A DNA stretch of 34,076 nt, filler included, from an uncultured virus (IMG/VR IMGVR_UViG_2049941000_000254) (4 parts of one record of this genome joined end to end with filler, not necessarily neighbours in it), one strand, 5' to 3'; positions 19,635 through 28,214 are shown, numbered from the whole stretch's first letter. Numbers and translations are program-made. The notes: generated from the sequence alone by a model not told the origin.

Positions 19635-21224
19635 GGTAAGCCTTTCGTGATTTCCTATGGTCCGTTTGAACAGGCCATCGCAACGGCATTTTTCTAGGCA
19701 CTTCCTTACTTGCCACCTGAACAAGCTCTTTGGCTGGAAGCACCTATATCCGCTATCCCCTGCTATTTCTAGCAGGTACCCTCTTAACACGGTCGAGGTA
19801 AGGCGGAACTTGATGTTAATTGCACTGTTGTGGTCTGCGTTATCTGTATGCAAGCAGTCCACACACTTAAATTCTTCCTGTGTCTGACGGTTGCGGTCAT
19901 CTATACCGCCGCATTCCGGACACATCTTCGAGGTATATTCTGGCTGGATGAGCGAGAAGCCCAGCCCATAATGTTCCGATATATGTTCTACATCGTCTTT
20001 TAACGATGACAGTCCAATTCGTAGATGCAGCCGTCCTAGGTTAAATCCTTTCTTGTCATCGGCATTTAGTTTGCTTCCCTGGAATCCGGTAAGGTTCTCC
20101 ATCACGATGTGCTTGAACCCACGTTCGGCAAGGTCCTTGCACATTGCAGCTATTCTACGCTTGTTGGATTCGTTCAGCTTCAATGTGATGGATTCTATCC
20201 GCTTCCTGTCCTTACGGGAAATCTTGAAGGCGTCATGTTCCTCGCCTTCCTTGAACCGGGCATCGTAGTTCTTCTGCTTACGGTCGATCTTTAGCAGTTC
20301 ATCTTCAAATTCGGCAATCAGCTCATCATCATGGGGAATGAACTCACCGGTGCTCAACGCGAACATGTTGTGCTTGGAATTGACATCTATCCCGACCGTA
20401 TTCTCATCGGTTATTTCCTCATCGCTCTTGTAACGGTAGCCGTCCCTTGCTAGTACTACATGGATGTTCTTTCCTCGGATCACGATTGTATAGGACGTAT
20501 CCGTCCCGTTGCAGTATCTTTGCAATGACTTGTGGTATGCCTTGTTGTACTTGAACGGCATACATAGTGTGTTCTTGCTGTCGCCACGGTAACCTTGGCT
20601 GAACCAGTCCCAGGAAATTTCGATAAAGTACTCGAACTTTCCAGTCTCATTCCTTCTGGCATCTACGATAGGACGCGTGATTCGACTGCGACCACTGAAT
20701 GTAAGCGATTCAAAGGTAATCTTTCCGCGCTTCTCGTATTCAGAAAATACAGCAGTCCTCCTTGATAGAGCCAACCGTATAAGGCGGTCAAATCCAAACT
20801 TTCTAATCTTTTCCAAGATGGTGCGGTAGAACTTCTGCTTTGTTGCATCAACTGTAGGAATAGTAGATTCAAGCCAATAGACGGATTCTTCCTTACCGTA
20901 TCGCGCAAGCCAAGTCAGCACCTTGGTAAGTTCTGTCTTCTTTGGATGAACTTCGATGGATTTCAGCTCGCCTTTCTTGTGCCCCTTGGCATTTATCTTG
21001 TAGAATGAAGGGACAAGTTCATCGACCAGTTCGAACTCAATCTTCTTGCGGATTGCATCGAACCGGAGCCGATAGGCTCTCCACACATCCTCGATCGCCT
21101 TCTTCAAGTAATGACTTGATAACCGAGTATTGAATGTAGGGTTGAAGAACTTGAACGTTTCGAACTTGCTCATATCCTGGAAGCCGAGCATATCCGAGAA
21201 GAACACTTCGGATATATCGTTACG
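19617..21224 (-). CDS. tnpB: long TnpB-family RNA-guided nuclease (>=535 aa; N-terminus lost in 10-N gap)
   Basis: RuvC-I VGIDVN, RuvC-II IVMENL, YTSKMCPECG...FKCVDC zinc finger, RuvC-III NADHNSAINI. Confidence 0.9.
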   Translation of the reverse strand, partial: RNDISEVFFSDMLGFQDMSKFETFKFFNPTFNTRLSSHYLKKAIEDVWRAYRLRFDAIRKKIEFELVDELVPSFYKINAKGHKKGELKSIEVHPKKTELTKVLTWLARYGKEESVYWLESTIPTVDATKQKFYRTILEKIRKFGFDRLIRLALSRRTAVFSEYEKRGKITFESLTFSGRSRITRPIVDARRNETGKFEYFIEISWDWFSQGYRGDSKNTLCMPFKYNKAYHKSLQRYCNGTDTSYTIVIRGKNIHVVLARDGYRYKSDEEITDENTVGIDVNSKHNMFALSTGEFIPHDDELIAEFEDELLKIDRKQKNYDARFKEGEEHDAFKISRKDRKRIESITLKLNESNKRRIAAMCKDLAERGFKHIVMENLTGFQGSKLNADDKKGFNLGRLHLRIGLSSLKDDVEHISEHYGLGFSLIQPEYTSKMCPECGGIDDRNRQTQEEFKCVDCLHTDNADHNSAINIKFRLTSTVLRGYLLEIAGDSGYRCFQPKSLFRWQVRKCLEKCRCDGLFKRTIGNHERLTVSKFE

Positions 21225-21352
21225 NNNNNNNNNNGGATGCTGCATTTCGCAGGTATCCGGATCAAACGCCATATCCTTGTCATACGGGTCGCGCCAGGTG
21301 ATTGCCATCAGGTCGGCATCGAACTTGATGTCCCTTATAGTCTTCGGGGCAC

Positions 21353-21452
21353 NNNNNNNNNNNNNNNNNNNNNNNNNNNNNNNNNNNNNNNNNNNNTTAA
21401 TTAATTAANNNNNNNNNNNNNNNNNNNNNNNNNNNNNNNNNNNNNNNNNNNN
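21353..21452. other. artificial contig linker
   Basis: N-run + TTAATTAATTAA (stops in all six frames) + N-run. Confidence 0.97.
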
Positions 21453-21597
21453 TGCGCTCGTTGCCGACCACCTGGTCCATCGGAACGTCGACTCCGGCGA
21501 TTTCGAAGGTCACCTTGAAGAACTTCGCGGGGAGCTTCTTGTTGATGTATTCCCGGATGTAGTCCGGAAGCCATTGTTTCTTGAAAAGGTTAAGCAT
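21453..21597 (-). CDS. hypothetical protein, truncated by contig end
   Basis: AAGGAGG SD, promoter 21625-21653. Confidence 0.65.
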
Positions 21598-21624
21598 ACT
21601 GTGTCCTCCTTTGCTTGTATTACA

Positions 21625-21653
21625 AATGTAGCAAATGGTGGAACAGGTGGCAA
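21625..21653 (-). promoter_or_regulatory. promoter (leadered class)
   Basis: TTGCCA-N17-TACATT. Confidence 0.75.
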
Positions 21654-21660
21654 CTAAACG

Positions 21661-21690
21661 CAAAAAGGACCCATTTCTGGGTCCTTTTTG
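21661..21690. terminator. bidirectional intrinsic terminator
   Basis: CAAAAAGGACCCA-tttc-TGGGTCCTTTTTG perfect 13-bp stem, GAAA loop on minus strand. Confidence 0.85.
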
Positions 21691-21766
21691 AAAAGTGTCC
21701 GAATTAACGAGTCGGACTCCCGGACCGCGTAGTTCTGGTGAACTACGGCCACCATCCACGATTTAT

Positions 21767-22107
21767 ATAAATCCTTTGTCGAGGCGGAAACTCACCCATG
21801 TTTAGTGGGCGAGAGGATCCCCGACATTGGCCCTTTTGGGGAACCCGAACTTAATCGGGTAATGCAGGGGTTGCCCCCTGTGGGTGGTCATCGACAATGT
21901 TAGGGAGGCTTGTCATGAACGCCACACTGTCCCTACCCATCAGGACTGTTTAATGACGCTCGGCAGGGCGGGGGACTTGACCGTACATCCCGAGGTGCCG
22001 TGACCTTCCTAACGTAGTTCAAGGGATTACTCCCTTTCACTGAGTCTAATCAACTATGAGTCTGAGTTACCTCAAACTCACGGGTTTTTAGCCCGTGGGT
22101 AGTTGAT
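21767..22107 (-). mobile_element. non-autonomous omegaRNA-only mini-element (copy 4): both ends plus full scaffold, no iscB
   Basis: 21845-22107 aligns to 11862-12122; terminal hairpin CTCGCCCACTAAACATGGGTGAG follows directly; flanked by ATAAA. Confidence 0.9.
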
Positions 22108-22173
22108 GCTGGACAGCGCGTGAGCTTATGATTCATGCATGCGCCCAACGCTGCTTAGGGCAGCGACTCCTAA

Positions 22174-22476
22174 TTAGTTGGCTGGTTCGCAGGATGCGTC
22201 ATCACCACAATCGGTGCCTTTTCCAGTACAGTCAGTAGTTTCGAGGCGACGGGCCCAGGCACCGCTTGCAAGGCCATTCCGGTTTTCATTCAGGTTCAGG
22301 CACTTGGAGCCACGACCGGCATTTTCGGCAGAGCCAAAGATGGCCTTCATTTTGGGATTGTCGCCTAGCTTCTTGCGAATTACGCTGATTCCCTTGGAAA
22401 TGGCGATGAATGCGGCTGCAGAACCGATGACGATAGCTGCAGATTTTACGGTTTCGTTAGAGAACGGATTTTTCAT
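22174..22476 (-). CDS. hypothetical protein with N-terminal membrane anchor
   Basis: AAGGA SD, promoter 22517-22545. Confidence 0.6.
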   Translation of the reverse strand: MKNPFSNETVKSAAIVIGSAAAFIAISKGISVIRKKLGDNPKMKAIFGSAENAGRGSKCLNLNENRNGLASGAWARRLETTDCTGKGTDCGDDASCEPAN

Positions 22477-22516
22477 TTCAAATTCCTTGGTTAATTGTTG
22501 AGTTGTTCGTATCCCT

Positions 22517-22545
22517 AATGTAGCAAATCACTTGCTAGTTGGCAA
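22517..22545 (-). promoter_or_regulatory. promoter (leadered class)
   Basis: TTGCCA-N17-TACATT. Confidence 0.75.
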
Positions 22546-23750
22546 CATGTTTGCCGGAATTTCTACGATTTTCCTGCAGGAGCGTAATAGTGTCCTGGCA
22601 ACCGGCGCACATGATGTCGGGCCACGTGGCCACATCTTCACCGGCCTTCAACTTTGCCGGCTTGATGTGGTTGAAGTACATCTGGGACACGAGTTCCGGG
22701 GTGCACGATTTGAGGAACTTGTAGAAGTTCACGGAATAAATCAGGCCCTTTGTTGTAACCTTCTGAGTTGTCTCGTTGTAGAGTAGTCCAACATTCTTGG
22801 CGACATACTTGGCAACCGCGCTCACCAGGCGTGCGGACTCTATCGTGTTCTCATGGCACAGTCGAGCAATCTTCTCGGGAAGTTCAGTCCTCCATCTTTC
22901 CGTACTGCCTTCCATGATGTCGGAGGCAGTTATCGTGTCATCAAGCATCTTGGCATCGGCCTTGTACATCATGCTGTAATAGGTCTCGCAGAAGCTCTGG
23001 GAATATACCGGGCCCACATATCCGTTGACCAGAAGTTCCAGGAGAACCTTTCCGTCCTTGCGCTTGAACGGGTCGAACTTGTTCATCGTCTCGCCGTTGT
23101 AAAGGGCCTCGGACAGGGTGGACCAGCCACTGCGGGTAGCATCCATGTTGGTATAGTACCTTCTCTCCCTGCGGACAGCCGGATCCTCGTCCGGGTCCAG
23201 GGCCTCCCTGTGGTCATTGATGTATTTGAGGATAGCCGGATGGCAGTTCTCCTCCTTGGCGAACAGAAGCCACTCATCGACGGTAGGGGCAAGCTCGATA
23301 ACGCAGAACCTTCTCATGTGGGAAAGTTCCAGTTCCTTCACCATGTACTGGTTGGCCGAGGAGGGGTTCATGGCAGCGAACACGCGGGAACCCGGTGCAA
23401 GCTGGGCGCTACCGATATGCTGGTCCACGGCCAGTTCCATGAGGGCGTTGATGATGTACTCGTTGCGGTTAATTTCATCGAGCAACANNNNNNNNNNCCA
23501 CACCGGGCTTGAACCATTCCATCGGCTTATATACGGTATGGTCGCCAGAAACGTCCGGAATACCAGTAAGATTAACCGTTTCAGCAGTGGACATACAGGG
23601 ACAATAGGCAAAGTACCTACCCTTCTGTTCCGACTGCTTCTTGACAATGGTTGTCTTGCCAATACCGGTGTCACCAATAAGCAATATCGGCTTCCATGTC
23701 GGAATGATGTCAATCAGCTCATAAAATTGTGCAACGGTACAGCGACGCAT
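22535..23750 (-). CDS. MoxR/dynein-related AAA+ ATPase (split into two ORF-track frames by a 10-N gap)
   Basis: Walker A GDTGIGKT, Walker B LLDEINR, AAMNP sensor, RRF arginine finger. Confidence 0.88.
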
Positions 23751-24041
23751 TATTTGTCAATCCTTTCTTTCAAATCATCGCAGAATTTCAACATGGGGAC
23801 CTTACGTCCATCTAGGTGGTACTGTTCGCCTGTCTTCGGGTTGCGTACCGGGCGTCCCTTGCGCGATTTCACAGAAAACCTCCCAAAACCGCGAATTTCG
23901 ATGGTGTTTCCCTTTTCCAGGTGATGGGCAATGAAGTCGAGGAAGCATTCCACGACCTTCTTNNNNNNNNNNATCTTTTTGCGTAATGCCCGTCGTCATC
24001 GATACATCGGTGACCAGGCTATGTTTCGTAACATTGGACAT
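23750..24041 (-). CDS. HU/IHF-family DNA-binding protein (10-N gap inside)
   Basis: MSNVTKHSLV...TGITQKD..KKVVECFLDFI...IEIRGFGRFSVKSRKGRPVRNPKTGE. Confidence 0.92.
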
Positions 24042-24368
24042 GTCATAAATATAGCAAATATTTTGCAACTTTGGGTTATTTTTCCGATATTTACGAAATA
24101 AAAACATCATGTAGCAGCAGCACAGGAAGGCAAATCCGTAGTTTGCATACAAAGGATACTGCCATACGCCGGTAGTCAGGTTGTTATCGAGCACAAACGA
24201 GCCACAGAATATGTTTGCGAAAAAAGACATCAAGACGAAAAGAAACGATGTGCCTTCTGTGGACTTGTCCATGTGGATCTTTATGATTACCGGAATGTTG
24301 ACTATTGCGAATAGAAAAGAGCCGATTATGCCTAAGTAAGGTGCAAGAAAATGCAGTATATCTTTCAT
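24042..24368 (-). CDS. PQ-loop/SemiSWEET-like 3-TM membrane protein; no stop before HU
   Basis: LGIIGSFLFAIVNIPVIIKIHMDKSTEGTS matches the PQ-loop pattern (PV instead of PQ); PLYANY in TM3. Confidence 0.75.
24048..24068 (-). promoter_or_regulatory. extended -10 promoter for leaderless HU; -35 mis-spaced
   Basis: TTTGC-TATATT-N6-ATG; TTGCAA only 9 nt upstream of the -10. Confidence 0.55.
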
Positions 24369-24716
24369 TTGTCGCCGAATTTCTTCTTCATGTGTTCGGA
24401 AATGAAGTCCAGCTCGTAATCGGCTGCGACCACCCTGCCATCTTTCATCGCAAAGACCAGCGTCCCTGTCCTGCTCCTGTACACCTCGCATGTCCTNNNN
24501 NNNNNNGTACACCTCGCATGTCCTGCGGTCCTGTGAACACTTGACCGTCATAACAAAGTCGGAGTACATGTTCCCGGGACCCGGCTTCAACATCATGCCG
24601 GTTTCCTGGACATGCTTGCATGCCGTCTTCATCATTTTTAGTAGCGTACCCATGAATTCAGCCTGGGTAGGGGTCAATATCAGCGACCCGCGTATGTCTT
24701 TAGCTTGTGATGCCAT
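24365..24716 (-). CDS. hypothetical protein
   Basis: merging the duplicated 18 nt around the 24497 gap gives one ORF ...TCEVYRSRTGTLVF...KFGDK* ending in an ATGA overlap. Confidence 0.65.
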
Positions 24717-24728
24717 GGTAGTTACAGT

Positions 24729-25211
24729 TTATAATGCATTTTTCTTGTACTTGCTTGGATGTCCCGGCTTGACATTCGGGATGCCGAGCCGGTGCGCCTT
24801 TTGGGACACTGCCGAGACACTGATGCCGAACAGTTTTCCGATTTCGGTGTAGGTCAGACCGTCAGCAATGTACTTCAGAAACCGTTTTTCCTTTATGATA
24901 GTCCAGGTATCTTGCCTGGATGTATCAAATCCCGCCTTGTGCAAGGCCCGCTGGAAGGTCTTCGGGGCAACGTGGTACTCGCCGGCTAGACCGCGCAAGG
25001 TGCCCTCCCCATTACGGTACCTGTCCACCATTTCCGCAAGGACTTCGGGTGTCCCGTTGGTCTTGGTTGCTTCGCCAGTATATCCCAATATCTTGCGGAT
25101 TACACCGATGTCGATGCGATGGATTTCCGGGTATGGCGCCAGCGCAGCCTTTACCTGCTTGGGCGTCCCACGGAACAGGGGAATAATGGAAATGAACTGT
25201 TCTTCCGTCAT
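24729..25211 (-). CDS. helix-turn-helix DNA-binding protein
   Basis: TLRGLAGEYHVAPKTFQRAL and GLTYTEIGKLFGISVSAVSQKAHRLG HTH patterns. Confidence 0.7.
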   Translation of the reverse strand: MTEEQFISIIPLFRGTPKQVKAALAPYPEIHRIDIGVIRKILGYTGEATKTNGTPEVLAEMVDRYRNGEGTLRGLAGEYHVAPKTFQRALHKAGFDTSRQDTWTIIKEKRFLKYIADGLTYTEIGKLFGISVSAVSQKAHRLGIPNVKPGHPSKYKKNAL

Positions 25212-25228
25212 CGTTTAACCCGCGGGAA

Positions 25229-25717
25229 TCACTTGGCTATGCTTTTTCCCTTGCTGATATGTGCGCAATAGAAATAGATACATCGGGCGAGTGATTCGGC
25301 ACGCTGCTGATGGTCGTTTAAGATATGGTTGACTAAATATACATATGCTTGCATAAAGCAACTTAACGGATTCTCAAAATATGTCGGGAATTTTCCCTCA
25401 TTAAATGCTTCGCTATCTTCCTTGGATGGGCCAAGTTCCGAGAGGAACGGATATTCAAGCGCGATGTTTTTAGCATTCATCCGAAAAACTACGTGTGGAA
25501 CGCCGTTCGTGTCTTTATACGAATACTCAAACACATCGTCGGTTTGCTTTTCATCGCATCCTATTTTTTGAAGCACATCGAGGATGGGCTTAACGCTTTC
25601 ATCGAATGCCTCGCCGTATCGGTCATTCCAGGCATCGAACCAGCCCTTATGTTCAGATTTCCGTTTATCTTTAACGGTTTTCACGGTGTCATAGATCTTG
25701 TATGGTTTGGTTGTCAT
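25229..25717 (-). CDS. hypothetical protein (MTTKPYKIYDTVK...)
   Basis: GAGGA SD before ATG 25717. Confidence 0.65.
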   Translation of the reverse strand: MTTKPYKIYDTVKTVKDKRKSEHKGWFDAWNDRYGEAFDESVKPILDVLQKIGCDEKQTDDVFEYSYKDTNGVPHVVFRMNAKNIALEYPFLSELGPSKEDSEAFNEGKFPTYFENPLSCFMQAYVYLVNHILNDHQQRAESLARCIYFYCAHISKGKSIAK

Positions 25718-25737
25718 GTTAGGTTCCTCTTTAAAAG

Positions 25738-26028
25738 TTAAGCTGCATTTTTCAGCAGGTCGTCGATTTCCATTGTCCACCGGCACCAGGCAGGCACAAT
25801 TCCGGCACCGGTTCCAGCCTTCACCACGCAGATACGGTTGACCTCGCGTGGGCGTGCCCAGTCAAACTCGCAGTCGGTAAGGAACACTATGCCATCATAA
25901 GTCTTGTGTTCCAGTTCAAGCCGATTAAGCACACACTGCGGATTTGTCATGCCACCCCCGAACACGTCCGTATTGAATACGTCCTTCGGGTCATGCAGGA
26001 TTTCGGAGCATACGTCATCCCAATAGCA
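25738..26028 (-). CDS. second, diverged copy of the VWA protein C-terminus (rest in gap)
   Basis: DVFGGGMTNPQCVL...YDGIVFLTDCEFDW matches 26102-26390. Confidence 0.8.
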   Translation of the reverse strand, partial: CYWDDVCSEILHDPKDVFNTDVFGGGMTNPQCVLNRLELEHKTYDGIVFLTDCEFDWARPREVNRICVVKAGTGAGIVPAWCRWTMEIDDLLKNAA

Positions 26029-26101
26029 NNNNNNNNNNACTTTTCACAGTGTCATAGATCTTGTATTTCTTAGTTTCCATGTTGGGTTCCTCTTCTAACA
26101 G

Positions 26102-27595
26102 TTAAACCACGTTCAGCAGCAGGTCGTCCATTCCCATGTGCCACAGGCACCACGCCGGTATCTCTCCGTTTCTGTTTCCCATCTTCACTATACAGATTTT
26201 CCCTATATCGCGGGGACGGGTCCAGTCGAACTCGCAGTCCGTCAGGTACACGATGCCGTCATAAACCAAGTGTTCCTTTTCTAGGCGGTCAAGCACGCAC
26301 TGCGGGTTTGTCATGCCCCCGCCGAACACGTCCGTCTCGAACGCGGTCTTGGGGTCATGTATGATTTCGGAGCAGATGCCGTCCCAGTAACACAGGTCGA
26401 GCGCGGCATCGCCGATGAAGTTGTTCACCGTCTCGAAGCACTTGTTCACCAGATTCATGCTGAGCATTGAACCTGAAACGTCCACCGCGAACAGTATCTT
26501 CGGCTTGTCCTTCTTGCGCACATGGCCTGGCGCGATTGTGCCGTACCGGCGCAACACCAGGTTCGGCATGGACCAGGTCTGGCGCGTCGATGCGCCGAAG
26601 TTACTCGTCATGAACATCCTGAACACGCTTGCCGCGTTCACATGGACACGGTTGGCCTCCTGTATTGCAAGGGGAACCTTCCCAGACATACCACCTTGAC
26701 CACTAGCGAACTGGGCCGAGGCCACATCGCGGATGTTGTCGGAAGCGTCCGAGTCGTTACCCCAGTCCTTTATGTCGGCAGGGGCGCTGTTCGGGTCGAA
26801 CATCTGCTGGATGGCCTGGTAGGCTTCACTCTTCTCGCCATCTCCTTCGCCGGAACTGTCGGCCTGTCCTTCACCGGAACCTTCCCCTTCGCTTTCTTCG
26901 CCGTCGGAGTCATCTGATTCCCCGTTGCTGCCACCGCCGCTCTGGTTCTCTCCGTCTTCCTCGTCTTCGTCATCGCCACCGGATTCTCCCTCGTGGTTCG
27001 GACTGCCACCTTCTTCATCGCCTTCATCGCTCTCGTCGCTGTCCCCCTGGCCACCGTTGTCCTGGCCGCCGTCCGGGTTCTCCTCCTCAGTCTCGTTCTT
27101 GGATTCCTCCTGGGCCTGCATGAGCAGGTCGAACACCTTTTCAAGTGTGAGGTCCTTGACCGGATCAAAGCCAGCAGCGCCGAACTTGTCGGCATATGCC
27201 CAGATGCTAGGGAACAACTGGCCCACGATTGCGGAGTTGTCCCCCGCAGTCGTATTGACCACGTTTCGGGCATATTCGTAGACCACCAGGTCACTTGCGA
27301 GCCTGAACATGGCCTCCGGCATCTTTACACGGGTATCGCAATGGTGCAGGGCTATTCTGAGACAGTTGGCGTACACGACGGCACCTAGCAGGGACGGTTC
27401 CATCGCGTTGACGAACCAGTCACTGTATTCGAGATACGGTTGTCCATCGGTGCAACCGACTCTCATCGTCACCGACTTGTCGCTCGTCATGCGCTTTTCG
27501 AGCATGATGTAGAACCCGAGCAGGATAGGCGCCCGGTTGGACATCAGTGTCGCGGCATGGGACAGCTTGTCCTGTATTTCCGTCTCGTCCAGCAT
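26102..27595 (-). CDS. DUF2201-like protein: metallopeptidase-like N-domain, acidic linker, VWA domain
   Basis: MIDAS DVSGS, GGGMT, YLTD; D/E/G/S-rich linker; near a MoxR ATPase. Confidence 0.85.
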   Translation of the reverse strand: MLDETEIQDKLSHAATLMSNRAPILLGFYIMLEKRMTSDKSVTMRVGCTDGQPYLEYSDWFVNAMEPSLLGAVVYANCLRIALHHCDTRVKMPEAMFRLASDLVVYEYARNVVNTTAGDNSAIVGQLFPSIWAYADKFGAAGFDPVKDLTLEKVFDLLMQAQEESKNETEEENPDGGQDNGGQGDSDESDEGDEEGGSPNHEGESGGDDEDEEDGENQSGGGSNGESDDSDGEESEGEGSGEGQADSSGEGDGEKSEAYQAIQQMFDPNSAPADIKDWGNDSDASDNIRDVASAQFASGQGGMSGKVPLAIQEANRVHVNAASVFRMFMTSNFGASTRQTWSMPNLVLRRYGTIAPGHVRKKDKPKILFAVDVSGSMLSMNLVNKCFETVNNFIGDAALDLCYWDGICSEIIHDPKTAFETDVFGGGMTNPQCVLDRLEKEHLVYDGIVYLTDCEFDWTRPRDIGKICIVKMGNRNGEIPAWCLWHMGMDDLLLNVV

Positions 27596-27801
27596 TAGTC
27601 ATTCTTGAACACGATTCTAATCGGGTTGAAGCACCCGAACACCTCGCCGAACTCTTCCTTAGCGATCTCCATGAACGACTCGTCTCCCTTGCCATACTTG
27701 ACGAGGGTGCTACCGATCGCAAGAAGCAGTAAAATCGGGAGGACGGACAGGAAAAATACCCCCAGAATTATGAACATGATGATTTTGATAATAAGTTTCA
27801 T
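27595..27801 (-). CDS. small membrane protein
   Basis: GGAGG SD, long hydrophobic N-terminus. Confidence 0.6.
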   Translation of the reverse strand: MKLIIKIIMFIILGVFFLSVLPILLLLAIGSTLVKYGKGDESFMEIAKEEFGEVFGCFNPIRIVFKND

Positions 27802-27815
27802 TTTTTCCTCCGAGC

Positions 27816-28073
27816 CTAGTATTTCCAGGCATCTTTCATTTTGCCCGCAAAGAATTCATATGGCTTGCGGATTACCCCTAGCTTTTCCTTCTCGGTCTTG
27901 GAGATACGACGGGACGGGTCCTCCTCCAACTGGGATGACACGTATTCCACCTCGTAGTTCATGCAGACCTGTTTGGTGAAGTATTCGTTGTAATCGTCAC
28001 CGGGCATCTGGCAGAAGGTGATGTATTTCTGCGGGTCTCCCGGCTTACGGTAGATCACTGATATTGTGTGCAT
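27816..28073 (-). CDS. hypothetical protein
   Basis: GAGGAGG SD. Confidence 0.65.
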   Translation of the reverse strand: MHTISVIYRKPGDPQKYITFCQMPGDDYNEYFTKQVCMNYEVEYVSSQLEEDPSRRISKTEKEKLGVIRKPYEFFAGKMKDAWKY

Positions 28074-28214
28074 GGTGCCTCCTCATCTGCCTCATACATC
28101 CAGCAGACAGACTTCGGGTTGTCTATTTCGCTGTCGGTTGGATTATTGAAGTGACTGCCAAAGGAACATTCGTTGTAGAATGCATTGGCACAGTCGCCAC
28201 GGTGCTTGCAGAGC

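Noticed and set aside
19617..21308. Cas12-type CRISPR effector, and the ORF-track start at 21308
   Set aside because: No repeat-spacer array nearby and an IS-like end follows the gene; the residues before the 21225-21234 gap cannot be assumed to belong to TnpB
24479..24524. 18-nt direct repeat GTACACCTCGCATGTCCT and a 304-aa ORF-track protein 23802-24716
   Set aside because: The repeat flanks a 10-N gap and is an unmerged contig overlap. Merging gives a normal gene ending at 24365, so the long ORF is artefactual apart from the PQ-loop/HU junction
25738..26390. Possible DGR template/variable repeat pair
   Set aside because: Differences are mostly synonymous third-position changes, not adenine-specific; both copies are coding; no reverse transcriptase seen
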